A stretch of 64,000 bases of DNA from the NCBI GenBank assembly GCA_963815095.1, contig CAWFFH010000003.1:672001-736000 (forward strand), read 5' to 3'. Below the pieces are notes generated by a model that saw only the letters and a program-made list of their open reading frames with translations, was not told where the DNA came from and ran no database searches. A program made the position numbers and the translations under genes. Shown here piece after piece: positions 47,521 to 55,664 of the stretch. Within the stretch, counting starts at the first letter, position 1, and each line of letters begins with the position of its first letter. The stretch comes from Candidatus Bathyarchaeota archaeon (GTDB taxonomy: Archaea > Thermoproteota > Bathyarchaeia > Bathyarchaeales > Bathycorpusculaceae).

Positions 47521-47790
47521 ATGAAACGCAAATTAATGGAAATCCTTGCCTGCCCAATCGATAAATATCATCCTTTGGAACTTCACGTCTTCGAAGAAAA
47601 AGACGAAATAGTGGAAGGATTAATCGTTTGCCCTAAATGTCTCCGCTGGTACCCAATCCGTGATGAGATCCCAGAAATGCTACCTGACGAACTACGCAAA
47701 GCAGATGATGATTTACCGTTTTTGAAGAAATGGAAGGAAAAAGCACCTCAGAAAATCGTTTCTGAAGGCAAGCCTTTTAACCTAAAATAA
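47521..47790 (+). CDS. trm112: Trm112 methyltransferase activator
   Basis: LMEILACPIDK...EGLIVCPKCLRWYPIRDEIPEML. Confidence 0.92.
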   Translation: MKRKLMEILACPIDKYHPLELHVFEEKDEIVEGLIVCPKCLRWYPIRDEIPEMLPDELRKADDDLPFLKKWKEKAPQKIVSEGKPFNLK

Positions 47791-47793
47791 TTT

Positions 47794-48744
47794 TTATTTT
47801 TTTAATTGTATTGCCTTGTTTTTTGCTGACGACTGCATTGCTGCAGTGGCGACTGTTAGGGCTCTCACGCCGTCTTCGCCTGTTACGATGGGTTTCTTTT
47901 TCTCAACTATGCAGTCGACGAAGTGTTGGAGTTCGGCTTTTAGTGGTTCTTGGAATGGGGTTCTAGGTTGTACCGATTGGGTTTGTTGTTCAATCCACAA
48001 GTCTTGCGTGATATAGTCCAGTCTCATTATGGCGTCGCTTCCTGTTACTGTTAAGGAGCGGGTTTTGTAGGGTGTGAGCCAGTTAGATTCTATGAATGCG
48101 CTTTTACCATCTTTGTAGGTAAGCATTATTTGGGCGTAGTCTTCGAACTTTTTGATTCTCATACTACCCATCTTTGCATAAACAGAAGTCGGGTCCTCTC
48201 CAGAAATAAACCGCATGACATCAATGTCGTGGATGGCTGTGTCTTTGACAACGCCGACATCTCCTATTCTCTCAGGCCACTGTGAAACACGCTTAGCTGT
48301 AGCGCAGACCAATTCCCCGATTTTTTTGTTCTCAACAGATTGGCGAATAGTTTGCAGGCCAGGTATGAACCTCATCAAGAATCCAACGGTCAAATGTAGG
48401 CCGTTTTCTTGTGCAGTTTGCACTAGTTTCTCTGCCAGCTGAGGGTTAGTTGCCATTGGCTTTTCTACCAAAACATGTTTTCCTGCGTTTAGAGCTTTGA
48501 GGGCTTCTTTAGCCAGAATTGTTGACCAAGTACATACGTTTACGGCTTCAATAGATTTGTCTTTTAGCATTTGTGTGCTATCAGAGTAAGCTTTTACTCC
48601 ATACTGGGCTGCCATGGCTTTGGCTCTTTCAGAATTAACGTCGCATATGGCTACAAGTTCAGTTGAAGGGAGTTCTTTGTAGACTCTTGCATGGTTTTTT
48701 CCCCATTGTCCAGTTCCGATAACTGCTACGCCAAGTTTGTTCAA
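47794..48744 (-). CDS. Gfo/Idh/MocA oxidoreductase (nucleotide-sugar 3-dehydrogenase-like)
   Basis: GTGQWG, VLVEKP and DVGVVKDTAIHDID. Confidence 0.88.
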   Translation of the reverse strand: MNKLGVAVIGTGQWGKNHARVYKELPSTELVAICDVNSERAKAMAAQYGVKAYSDSTQMLKDKSIEAVNVCTWSTILAKEALKALNAGKHVLVEKPMATNPQLAEKLVQTAQENGLHLTVGFLMRFIPGLQTIRQSVENKKIGELVCATAKRVSQWPERIGDVGVVKDTAIHDIDVMRFISGEDPTSVYAKMGSMRIKKFEDYAQIMLTYKDGKSAFIESNWLTPYKTRSLTVTGSDAIMRLDYITQDLWIEQQTQSVQPRTPFQEPLKAELQHFVDCIVEKKKPIVTGEDGVRALTVATAAMQSSAKNKAIQLKK

Positions 48745-50069
48745 GTCTTATCAGTTCCTCTACCTAAGCCACAGTATATGAAGCCTTCTGCCTCGACTTT
48801 TTGAGGTTCAAAAATACCGATTAAATCAACGATGGCGCAGGGAGTTTTCATAAGGGCTTTAAGTTTTTTTAGGTTTAATTTTTTGAACTGTTCCTGTCCA
48901 GTTAAGACCACTATGCAGTCTGTGCCCTCCACTGCCTCGTTTAAACTGGTTTTCACAACACGCCACTCTTGCGGTCCCACCTTTGCAATTGGATCATAGA
49001 GACTGGGTTTAGCACCTTTCTGCTCAATCATCTTAACAAAAACACCTGTCGCGGTCACAGGGTTGGCCGTGCCTAAAACCGCGATCTTTGCCCTCCGCAA
49101 AGGTTTACCTGCTTTTCTTAGAGTTGACTGCGTTAAGTTTACGGCGTGTTTAACCATATCCTCGTTAATCTGCCTTGCCAACGCTGGAAGTCTAAGTTTT
49201 GCATTCAAGCTTTCCGCGCTGTCAAGCAGCAAATACGCTTCGTTACCGTGTTCTTCCTCTACAATTGTCGGCCAGAAACTGGAGTCGCCAAGGTCCAGCA
49301 GTTTTAAAACTTTGAAATAGTCAGTGTTTGCGTTTTCGCAGAAAACTGACAGCTCGTTAGCCAATGCCCTGTTTGCATCTTGTTTGGCTACGGCAAATAG
49401 TGTGGCTGTTTCTGCCAGTTTTAGGTCGTTGATTTCTTTTACTCTTTTTGAGACCGTTTTAAAGATCGTTGAAGCTGCGTTTAAACTGGTTTGATCATTA
49501 GCCGCAACTTTTAACTCCGAATTCGCAATTGAGACATCTCCTGACAAGATTGGGTTGTAGGCTAAACCAAAATCTACCCCTGCTTTGAATCCAGAAGTGT
49601 TCTCCAACGTTTCCTTCACAGTGCCCTCGGTGAAACCGATACCTGCGACACCACCATAGATAACCAGCGCCCCCTTCTGGAGTGCCGCGCCAACCTGTTT
49701 GCAGGCGCTAACTACCTGGGAGTAATCCGTTTTTTTCTGCTCGTCAACTTTTGCTCCAATAGCCACCACGATGATGTCGCTTTGGGAAACAGATTTTTTT
49801 CGTTCATCGCTTACGCATATCTGACCCGAGTTGATATGGCTCTTTAGGTTAGCTTCAACCTGCACCTGTGAGCTGGATGTTTTTCCTTTTGCTACTTTTT
49901 TTATAACCGTTGGGTCAGCGTCTGTGCAGACAACGCGAAAACCTGCTTCTGCAAAAGCGTTAGCGTACAAGATTCCTTTCTGCCCGCATCCGATAACGAT
50001 TACAGTATATTTTGAGCGTTTTTCGTTGGTGTCTACCTCTTCAGGTTTCAGGTTCAGAACTGGGGGCAT
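48741..50069 (-). CDS. UDP-glucose/GDP-mannose dehydrogenase-family protein, catalytic residues apparently degenerate
   Basis: N-terminal Rossmann VIGCGQKG, central ALANE helix and C-terminal DCIVVLT domain. No GGHC/GGSC motif. Confidence 0.8.
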   Translation of the reverse strand: MPPVLNLKPEEVDTNEKRSKYTVIVIGCGQKGILYANAFAEAGFRVVCTDADPTVIKKVAKGKTSSSQVQVEANLKSHINSGQICVSDERKKSVSQSDIIVVAIGAKVDEQKKTDYSQVVSACKQVGAALQKGALVIYGGVAGIGFTEGTVKETLENTSGFKAGVDFGLAYNPILSGDVSIANSELKVAANDQTSLNAASTIFKTVSKRVKEINDLKLAETATLFAVAKQDANRALANELSVFCENANTDYFKVLKLLDLGDSSFWPTIVEEEHGNEAYLLLDSAESLNAKLRLPALARQINEDMVKHAVNLTQSTLRKAGKPLRRAKIAVLGTANPVTATGVFVKMIEQKGAKPSLYDPIAKVGPQEWRVVKTSLNEAVEGTDCIVVLTGQEQFKKLNLKKLKALMKTPCAIVDLIGIFEPQKVEAEGFIYCGLGRGTDKT

Positions 50070-50098
50070 AGGCTTTCTTTTCCCGCAAATTGAGGTTG

Positions 50099-51469
50099 TT
50101 ATATTGTTTGAAGGATTTTCTTAAGCCTTGTGCTATAGTCTTCCACTAGTTCTAATGCTCTTGCTTGGCTTTTTGCTTCAGCGTACAAACGGAAAACAGG
50201 TTCGGTTCCGCTAGGACGAATAAGAATCGCGCTAGCGTCGCTAAACCAGATTTTGACTCCGTCGATGGTGGATACGTTTTCGTTCTTAACTTCCTCGTAG
50301 ATTTTTTGTTGCAAAACCAATTTCTTCTCGTCAGGGCACTCGATTTTTCCTTTCTCAATGAAATACTGCGGCTGCTCAGCAACAAGTTCAGCAAGCGACT
50401 TTCCCGTCTCCGCCATGATGTTAAGAAGCAGAACGGTGGTCATTGCGCCGTCTCGGACAGCTTGGTGGGGGCGATAGAATATTCCCCCGTTTTCTTCTCC
50501 TCCTAAATCGGCGTTTTCAGCTTTCATAGTCTGCGAAACAGTTACGCTTCCTACTTTTGTCCAAATTAATTGTCCTTTGTAGGCTTCCACCGTGTCTTTT
50601 ATTAGTGTAGAGGAACTTACTGGCGTTACGATTTTTGCGCCTGGATTCTTGAGAAGATACTGCTTTATCACAACTGCGAAGGTTTTGTCTCCCCAGTAAA
50701 TTGTGCCGTTGCCGTCGGTGAAGATGGATCGGTCTGCGTCCCCGTCGAAAGCAACACCCATGTCGCCGCCGATGGCTTTAACCGTCGCTGACAATTCGCC
50801 AAGGTTTTCAGGGCGTGGTTCAGGCAATCTTCCTGGAAAGGTTCCATCTATGTTGGCGTTTATAGTTGTGACTTTGCAGCCAAGTTCTCTTAACAGTGGC
50901 GGCAGAGCGATTCCTCCAACGCTGTTTGCGGCGTCCACTACAACGTGGAAGTGTGCGTTGGCGATTTTTGTTTTGTTAACCTGTTTTTTGACTGCGTCTT
51001 TGTATTCACCGTTGATTCCCAGCAACTCTCGTTTCTCACCCAACTGGTCCCAGGGGGCATAGACGATTTTGTTGTCAAAGTAAATGTTCTCTATCTCAGT
51101 TTCCTGCTCATGGGATGTTTCGATACCGTCGCTCCAAATCACTTTGATGCCGTTGTATTCTGGCGGGTTATGCGAAGCCGAAATGATTACTCCGCCGTCC
51201 ATACTGTGGTTTTTAGTTGCAAACTGGATAGCTGGCGTCGATGCCATACCCGCAAAGTAAACGTTGCAGCCTGTAGACATTAATCCAGAAATCACAGCTC
51301 TTGCGAACATTGGTCCGCTAGTTCGCGCATCGTACCCTAAAAGTACGTTTTTGTTTTTTCCAAAAAAAGTTCCAATGCATGCTCCAACTTTAATGGCCAT
51401 TTCAGGCGTTAATTCTACGTTGACTAATCCTCGGATTCCGTTCGTTCCAAAAAGTTTCCGTGTGCTCAT
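50099..51469 (-). CDS. glmM: Phosphoglucosamine mutase / phosphomannomutase
   Basis: LFGTNGIRG, SASHNP, DGDADR, GEENG and RPSGTEP. Confidence 0.9.
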   Translation of the reverse strand: MSTRKLFGTNGIRGLVNVELTPEMAIKVGACIGTFFGKNKNVLLGYDARTSGPMFARAVISGLMSTGCNVYFAGMASTPAIQFATKNHSMDGGVIISASHNPPEYNGIKVIWSDGIETSHEQETEIENIYFDNKIVYAPWDQLGEKRELLGINGEYKDAVKKQVNKTKIANAHFHVVVDAANSVGGIALPPLLRELGCKVTTINANIDGTFPGRLPEPRPENLGELSATVKAIGGDMGVAFDGDADRSIFTDGNGTIYWGDKTFAVVIKQYLLKNPGAKIVTPVSSSTLIKDTVEAYKGQLIWTKVGSVTVSQTMKAENADLGGEENGGIFYRPHQAVRDGAMTTVLLLNIMAETGKSLAELVAEQPQYFIEKGKIECPDEKKLVLQQKIYEEVKNENVSTIDGVKIWFSDASAILIRPSGTEPVFRLYAEAKSQARALELVEDYSTRLKKILQTI

Positions 51470-51510
51470 ACAAATTCAACTCAGTCCTATTTAACAAACA
51501 AGTCTAGGTT

Positions 51511-52599
51511 TTAAAACGTTTCAGTAACTTCTTTGGCGGGACAAATCACTGTACCATCATGCATGTGAACGCTATCTTTAACCTTGGCAAGATCGCCCAC
51601 CACGCAGCCTTTTGGAAGCTTGACACATTTGCCTATTTTTGCGCCTTCGCCAACAATGGCTCCGTTGAGGATGGCGCCGTCTGCTATGTGTGCTTCTGCA
51701 AAGATGACTGAATTGGAGATTTGTACGTTTGAACCAACTTGGACGTTTTTACCTAGGACAGCATAGGGTCCGATAACAGATTTTTTTCCGACCACGACTC
51801 CCGTATCCAATGCAACTGGGCCTTTCACGAAGGGTTCTGGGTTCTCTTGTTTGCCTTTCTTAGCGAGAGAGTCAAGAACTATCTTATTTGCCTCCAAGTA
51901 TTCTTGGGGTTTGCCTATATCTATCCATAAGCCGTTGATGCGGTGGCCGCATAGTTTGCCTTCCTCAGCTAGTTTTGGAAACACTTCTCGTTCGATAGAA
52001 ACTGCTCTTCCTTCAGGAATGTAGTCAAACACTTTTGGACTGAGAACGTAGGCACCAGCGTTTATGAAGTTGCTTGGGGCTTGACCTTTAGGAGGTTTCT
52101 CAACGAATCGTTTGATAGCGTTACCTTGAAGGTCGGCTACACCAAAACTGCATGGGTCGTTGACTTTGCTGAGGGCAATCGTGGCTAATGCGCCTGATTT
52201 TTTGTGTGCCTCAAGCAGTTCGCGGTAGTTAATGTCAGCGTATATGTCACCGTTTAACATAATGAAAGGCTCATTGTGCCCAATCAGCTTCTCTGCTTTC
52301 TTTAAAGGACCACCTGTTCCTAGCGGAGTTTTGGGTGGGTCAACGGAAAACCGAACTTTTAGGCCGCATTTTAATGGCTTATGTTGAAGGATGTAGAATT
52401 TGGTAAGTGGGTTAACTGCAAGAATCACTTCGTCGACTCCTCCATCGGCTAATCGTTCAAAAATCCACTGCAACAGTGGCTTGTTAACTATTGGGAAGAG
52501 GGTCTTGGGTCTGGAGCAACTTAGGGGTCGTAGTCTTGTGGCGAAGCCGCCTGCTAAAATCAATGCTTTCAGAGGAGTCACCTTGGGTTGCTTTAACAA
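51511..52599 (-). CDS. NDP-sugar pyrophosphorylase (mannose-1-phosphate guanylyltransferase-like)
   Basis: LAGGFATRLRPL..PK, LGTGG, FVEKP, WIDIG and a C-terminal hexapeptide repeat. Confidence 0.9.
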   Translation of the reverse strand: MLKQPKVTPLKALILAGGFATRLRPLSCSRPKTLFPIVNKPLLQWIFERLADGGVDEVILAVNPLTKFYILQHKPLKCGLKVRFSVDPPKTPLGTGGPLKKAEKLIGHNEPFIMLNGDIYADINYRELLEAHKKSGALATIALSKVNDPCSFGVADLQGNAIKRFVEKPPKGQAPSNFINAGAYVLSPKVFDYIPEGRAVSIEREVFPKLAEEGKLCGHRINGLWIDIGKPQEYLEANKIVLDSLAKKGKQENPEPFVKGPVALDTGVVVGKKSVIGPYAVLGKNVQVGSNVQISNSVIFAEAHIADGAILNGAIVGEGAKIGKCVKLPKGCVVGDLAKVKDSVHMHDGTVICPAKEVTETF

Positions 52600-52757
52600 T
52601 ATTGGCTCTTTTTTATTTAAACAATTATGAATCGAGGTTTTGAAATTTTAGCTTGTTTAGAGTCTAATAGTGTCTTTATACAGAAATCTAAGAGCGAGTA
52701 GGTCGCTTTGGCAATTTCAGCCAGGCATTAAACATGGCATGGTGAAAAGCTGTTGAT

Positions 52758-54341
52758 TTACTCCCATTCTATGGTTGCAGGCGGTTTATGGGTGATGTCA
52801 TATACGACGTGGGTGACCTCGGGAATTTCGTTAGTTATTCTTGTTGAAATCTTTTCCAGCACTGGGTAAGGGATTTGGGCAAAGTTGGCAGTCATGGCTT
52901 CCCGACTCTCCATTGCGCGGACAGCGACCACGTATCCGTAAGCCCGCGAATCACCCTTAACGCCAGTTGCCTTTGTATCCGTCAAAACCGCAAAATACTG
53001 CCATAACTGCTCGGCTACGCAGCTTTTCTCGATTTCTTGGCGCACTATAGCGTCGGCTTTCTTGGTTATTTCAACTTTTTCCGCTGTTATGTCGCCGATG
53101 ATTCGGACTGCTAAGCCAGGTCCCGGAAACGGCTGCCTATTCACGAGTTCGCGGGGCAGGTTAAGCATGATGGCGACTTTGCGTACTTCATCCTTGTAGA
53201 GGTCGCGTAGGGGCTCCACGATTTTCTTGAAATCCATCTTAGCGGGTAATCCCGCTACGTTGTGGTGGGATTTGATGACGTCGCTGTTCTTGCGGAAACC
53301 TGACTCGATACGGTCGGGGTAAATGGTTCCTTGTAGTAGGTATTGGGCGCCGGATTTTCTGGCTTCTTCCTCAAAGACGCGGATGAATTCTTCGCCGATG
53401 ACTTTGCGCTTCTTTTCGGGTTCGCTTATGCCTCGAAGTTTCTCCATGAAACGCTGCCGCGCATCCACCATTACGAAGTTGATGTTAAAGTCTTTGAAGG
53501 TGTCGCAGATTTGTTCAGGTTCTCCCTGACGCATAAGCCCGTGATCCACAAAAACTGCTGTGAGTTTGTTTCCTAACGCTTCCGCTGCCAACGCTGTGGC
53601 GACGCTGCTGTCTATCCCTCCGCTTAACCCGATGATTGCTGTGGAATCTCCGACATCGATCTTGATTTCTCTAATCATCGTTTCGATGAGGTCTTCCATT
53701 TTCCAGTTAGCTTCGCAGTGACAAACTTCGAACACAAAGTTTCGGAGCATAATAGCGCCGTTTTTTGTATGAAGCACCTCGGGGTGCCACTGTAACCCAT
53801 AGATTTCCCCAAAACTGGGGTTTTCTTTATTTCTATATGCAGCTACTGGGCAATTATCTGTAGCGGCTAAAACCTCGAAACCCTTCGGGACATCTAATAC
53901 CGTGTCTCCGTGACTCATCCAAACTGTCTCTTGAGAACTCAAACCCTTCAGAACTCCGACAGGCTTTTTGATGTTGACTTGAGCAATTCCATATTCTTTG
54001 CAAGCGCCACATGAAACTTTTTCTGCTCCAGCTTTTCCTCCGCCTTCAATCATGTAGACTATGAGTTGGTGTCCATAACAAAGCCCCAGGATAGGTAGTT
54101 TTAGGTTCAATATGTTTGGGGTTATGAGGGGCGAATCTTTTTGATAGACGCTTGATGGTCCGCCTGAGAGGATTAAGCCTTTGATATTGAATTTTTCGCT
54201 TAGCTTTTTGATTTGTTCTGGAGTAATGTCGTACGGCACGATTTCTGAGTAGACGCCGTGTTCTCTGATTCTTCTGCCGATCAGGTGGCAGTATTGTCCG
54301 CCGAAGTCAAGAACAAGTATCGTGTCGTATTTTGCTTCCAT
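52758..54341 (-). CDS. guaA: GMP synthase (glutamine-hydrolysing), fused GATase and ATPPase
   Basis: DFGGQY, GLCYG, QWHPE, SGGIDS and KPPATIEWE. Confidence 0.97.
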   Translation of the reverse strand: MEAKYDTILVLDFGGQYCHLIGRRIREHGVYSEIVPYDITPEQIKKLSEKFNIKGLILSGGPSSVYQKDSPLITPNILNLKLPILGLCYGHQLIVYMIEGGGKAGAEKVSCGACKEYGIAQVNIKKPVGVLKGLSSQETVWMSHGDTVLDVPKGFEVLAATDNCPVAAYRNKENPSFGEIYGLQWHPEVLHTKNGAIMLRNFVFEVCHCEANWKMEDLIETMIREIKIDVGDSTAIIGLSGGIDSSVATALAAEALGNKLTAVFVDHGLMRQGEPEQICDTFKDFNINFVMVDARQRFMEKLRGISEPEKKRKVIGEEFIRVFEEEARKSGAQYLLQGTIYPDRIESGFRKNSDVIKSHHNVAGLPAKMDFKKIVEPLRDLYKDEVRKVAIMLNLPRELVNRQPFPGPGLAVRIIGDITAEKVEITKKADAIVRQEIEKSCVAEQLWQYFAVLTDTKATGVKGDSRAYGYVVAVRAMESREAMTANFAQIPYPVLEKISTRITNEIPEVTHVVYDITHKPPATIEWE

Positions 54342-54557
54342 TGTAGGTGGCTCAGAACTATTGGGGTTTAGGCTCTAATTTAACATTACTATCTATTTTC
54401 TGCCAAAAGGGAAGCGTTAAAAGCATTCTGTCCGATTCGTTTGGCATTCATTGCATTGGTGGAATAACTAAACTTTTATTAGTTTAATCATGTGATAATC
54501 AAATGGCTGTTCCAAAAATAAGGGTTAAATTGAAAGAACGTGCAAGGTGCATTTGTT

Positions 54558-55001
54558 ATGGAATTAAATGAAACTGACGTAAAAATTCTCAAAGCTCTCT
54601 TAGAGGATGCAAGATTCTCTAGTAGGCAAATTGCCAAGAACGTTGGCGTTTCAGTCGGCACCGTTTTGTCAAGAATAAAAAAGATGGAAGATGACGGCCT
54701 AATCAAAGGGTATTCAGTTATTTTGGACCATGAAAGACTCGGTTACCAGCTAACTGTAGTCACCGAAATTACTGTTTCCAAAGGTAGACTTGTAGAAACA
54801 GAAAATGAAATAGCCAAAATCCCAAACGTCTGCGGAGTCTACGACGTTACAGGATTAACCGACGCCATTATCGTAGCTAAATTCAAAAACCGCGAAGACC
54901 TCGGAGCCTTCACCAAAAAACTGCTTTCACTGCCCTACATAGAACGCACGAACACTCACGTAGTCCTAACCACAGTGAAAGAAAACTTCCGCCTACTATG
55001 A
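54558..55001 (+). CDS. Lrp/AsnC-family transcriptional regulator
   Basis: DVKILKALLEDAR.S..IAK.VGVS..TV..RIKKME HTH plus a RAM domain (YDVTG). Confidence 0.94.
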   Translation: MELNETDVKILKALLEDARFSSRQIAKNVGVSVGTVLSRIKKMEDDGLIKGYSVILDHERLGYQLTVVTEITVSKGRLVETENEIAKIPNVCGVYDVTGLTDAIIVAKFKNREDLGAFTKKLLSLPYIERTNTHVVLTTVKENFRLL

Positions 55002-55040
55002 GCGTTTGTGTACGCACATGGGTTAGCTCCCGAGTGTCAG

Positions 55041-55076
55041 TGTTTATACAGTTTGTTTATACACTTTGTAGATACA
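55041..55076. repeat. Three tandem 10-nt repeats with 13-nt period
   Basis: TGTTTATACA (55041), TGTTTATACA (55054), TGTAGATACA (55067). Confidence 0.7.
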
Positions 55077-55100
55077 GCCCCAAGCTAAATCCTGCACCTA

Positions 55101-55466
55101 TTAGTTTTTTAGAAGTTTGTCTATGAACCTTTTAATTTCTTCAACTATGCTATCGATATTGTCAGCGATTTTTGTCCCTTCCTCAGTTAAACCATAGACC
55201 CGTCCGCTTCCACTCCTAACGCATTCTATCCAACCATTTCTCTCTAAAGAAGCAAGACTAGCGTAGACCGTACTGGGGCTGGCTACGTCTCCGACCTTTT
55301 TCATAAAAAGTTTGTTGATACCGTAACCTGTCATGTCTTGATTTTTAAGGGCAATTAAAATGGCTAAATCTGAGAATGCTATAAAAATTCTTTTTTGAAC
55401 GGTTGATTTTTCCGTCTTCAAATTAATGCCCTTACCATTTAAAAATCGCTCGAACACAACTGCCAC
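55101..55466 (-). CDS. PadR-family transcriptional regulator
   Basis: MTGYGI...SPSTVYASLASLERNGWI...VYGLTEEG. Confidence 0.88.
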   Translation of the reverse strand: MAVVFERFLNGKGINLKTEKSTVQKRIFIAFSDLAILIALKNQDMTGYGINKLFMKKVGDVASPSTVYASLASLERNGWIECVRSGSGRVYGLTEEGTKIADNIDSIVEEIKRFIDKLLKN

Positions 55467-55544
55467 AAAACTAGAGATTAGCGCTTATTAAGAACTTTGT
55501 TTTCAGTTGCATAATTTTAATTTGTTAAACACAACTACTCTAAA

Positions 55545-55567
55545 CTTAGTATTAGTCTTAGTATTAG
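55545..55567. promoter_or_regulatory. Direct repeat CTTAGTATTAG x2 in the divergent PadR/exported-protein promoter region
   Basis: Identical 11-mers at 55545-55555 and 55557-55567. Confidence 0.45.
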
Positions 55568-55664
55568 GAATAGTAACCCGTAATAGGATTTTATAAACAA
55601 ACCAGCACTAAACAGACTAATTGGAAAGCGATTACTTTCCTAAAATTTTTGGAGAAAAAGAAAA

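Noticed and set aside
42628-52704. Similar strings CTAAGAAGAGTAGGTC (42628) and CTAAGAGCGAGTAGGTC (52688)
   Set aside because: Short and gapped with only two copies. Chance cannot be excluded.
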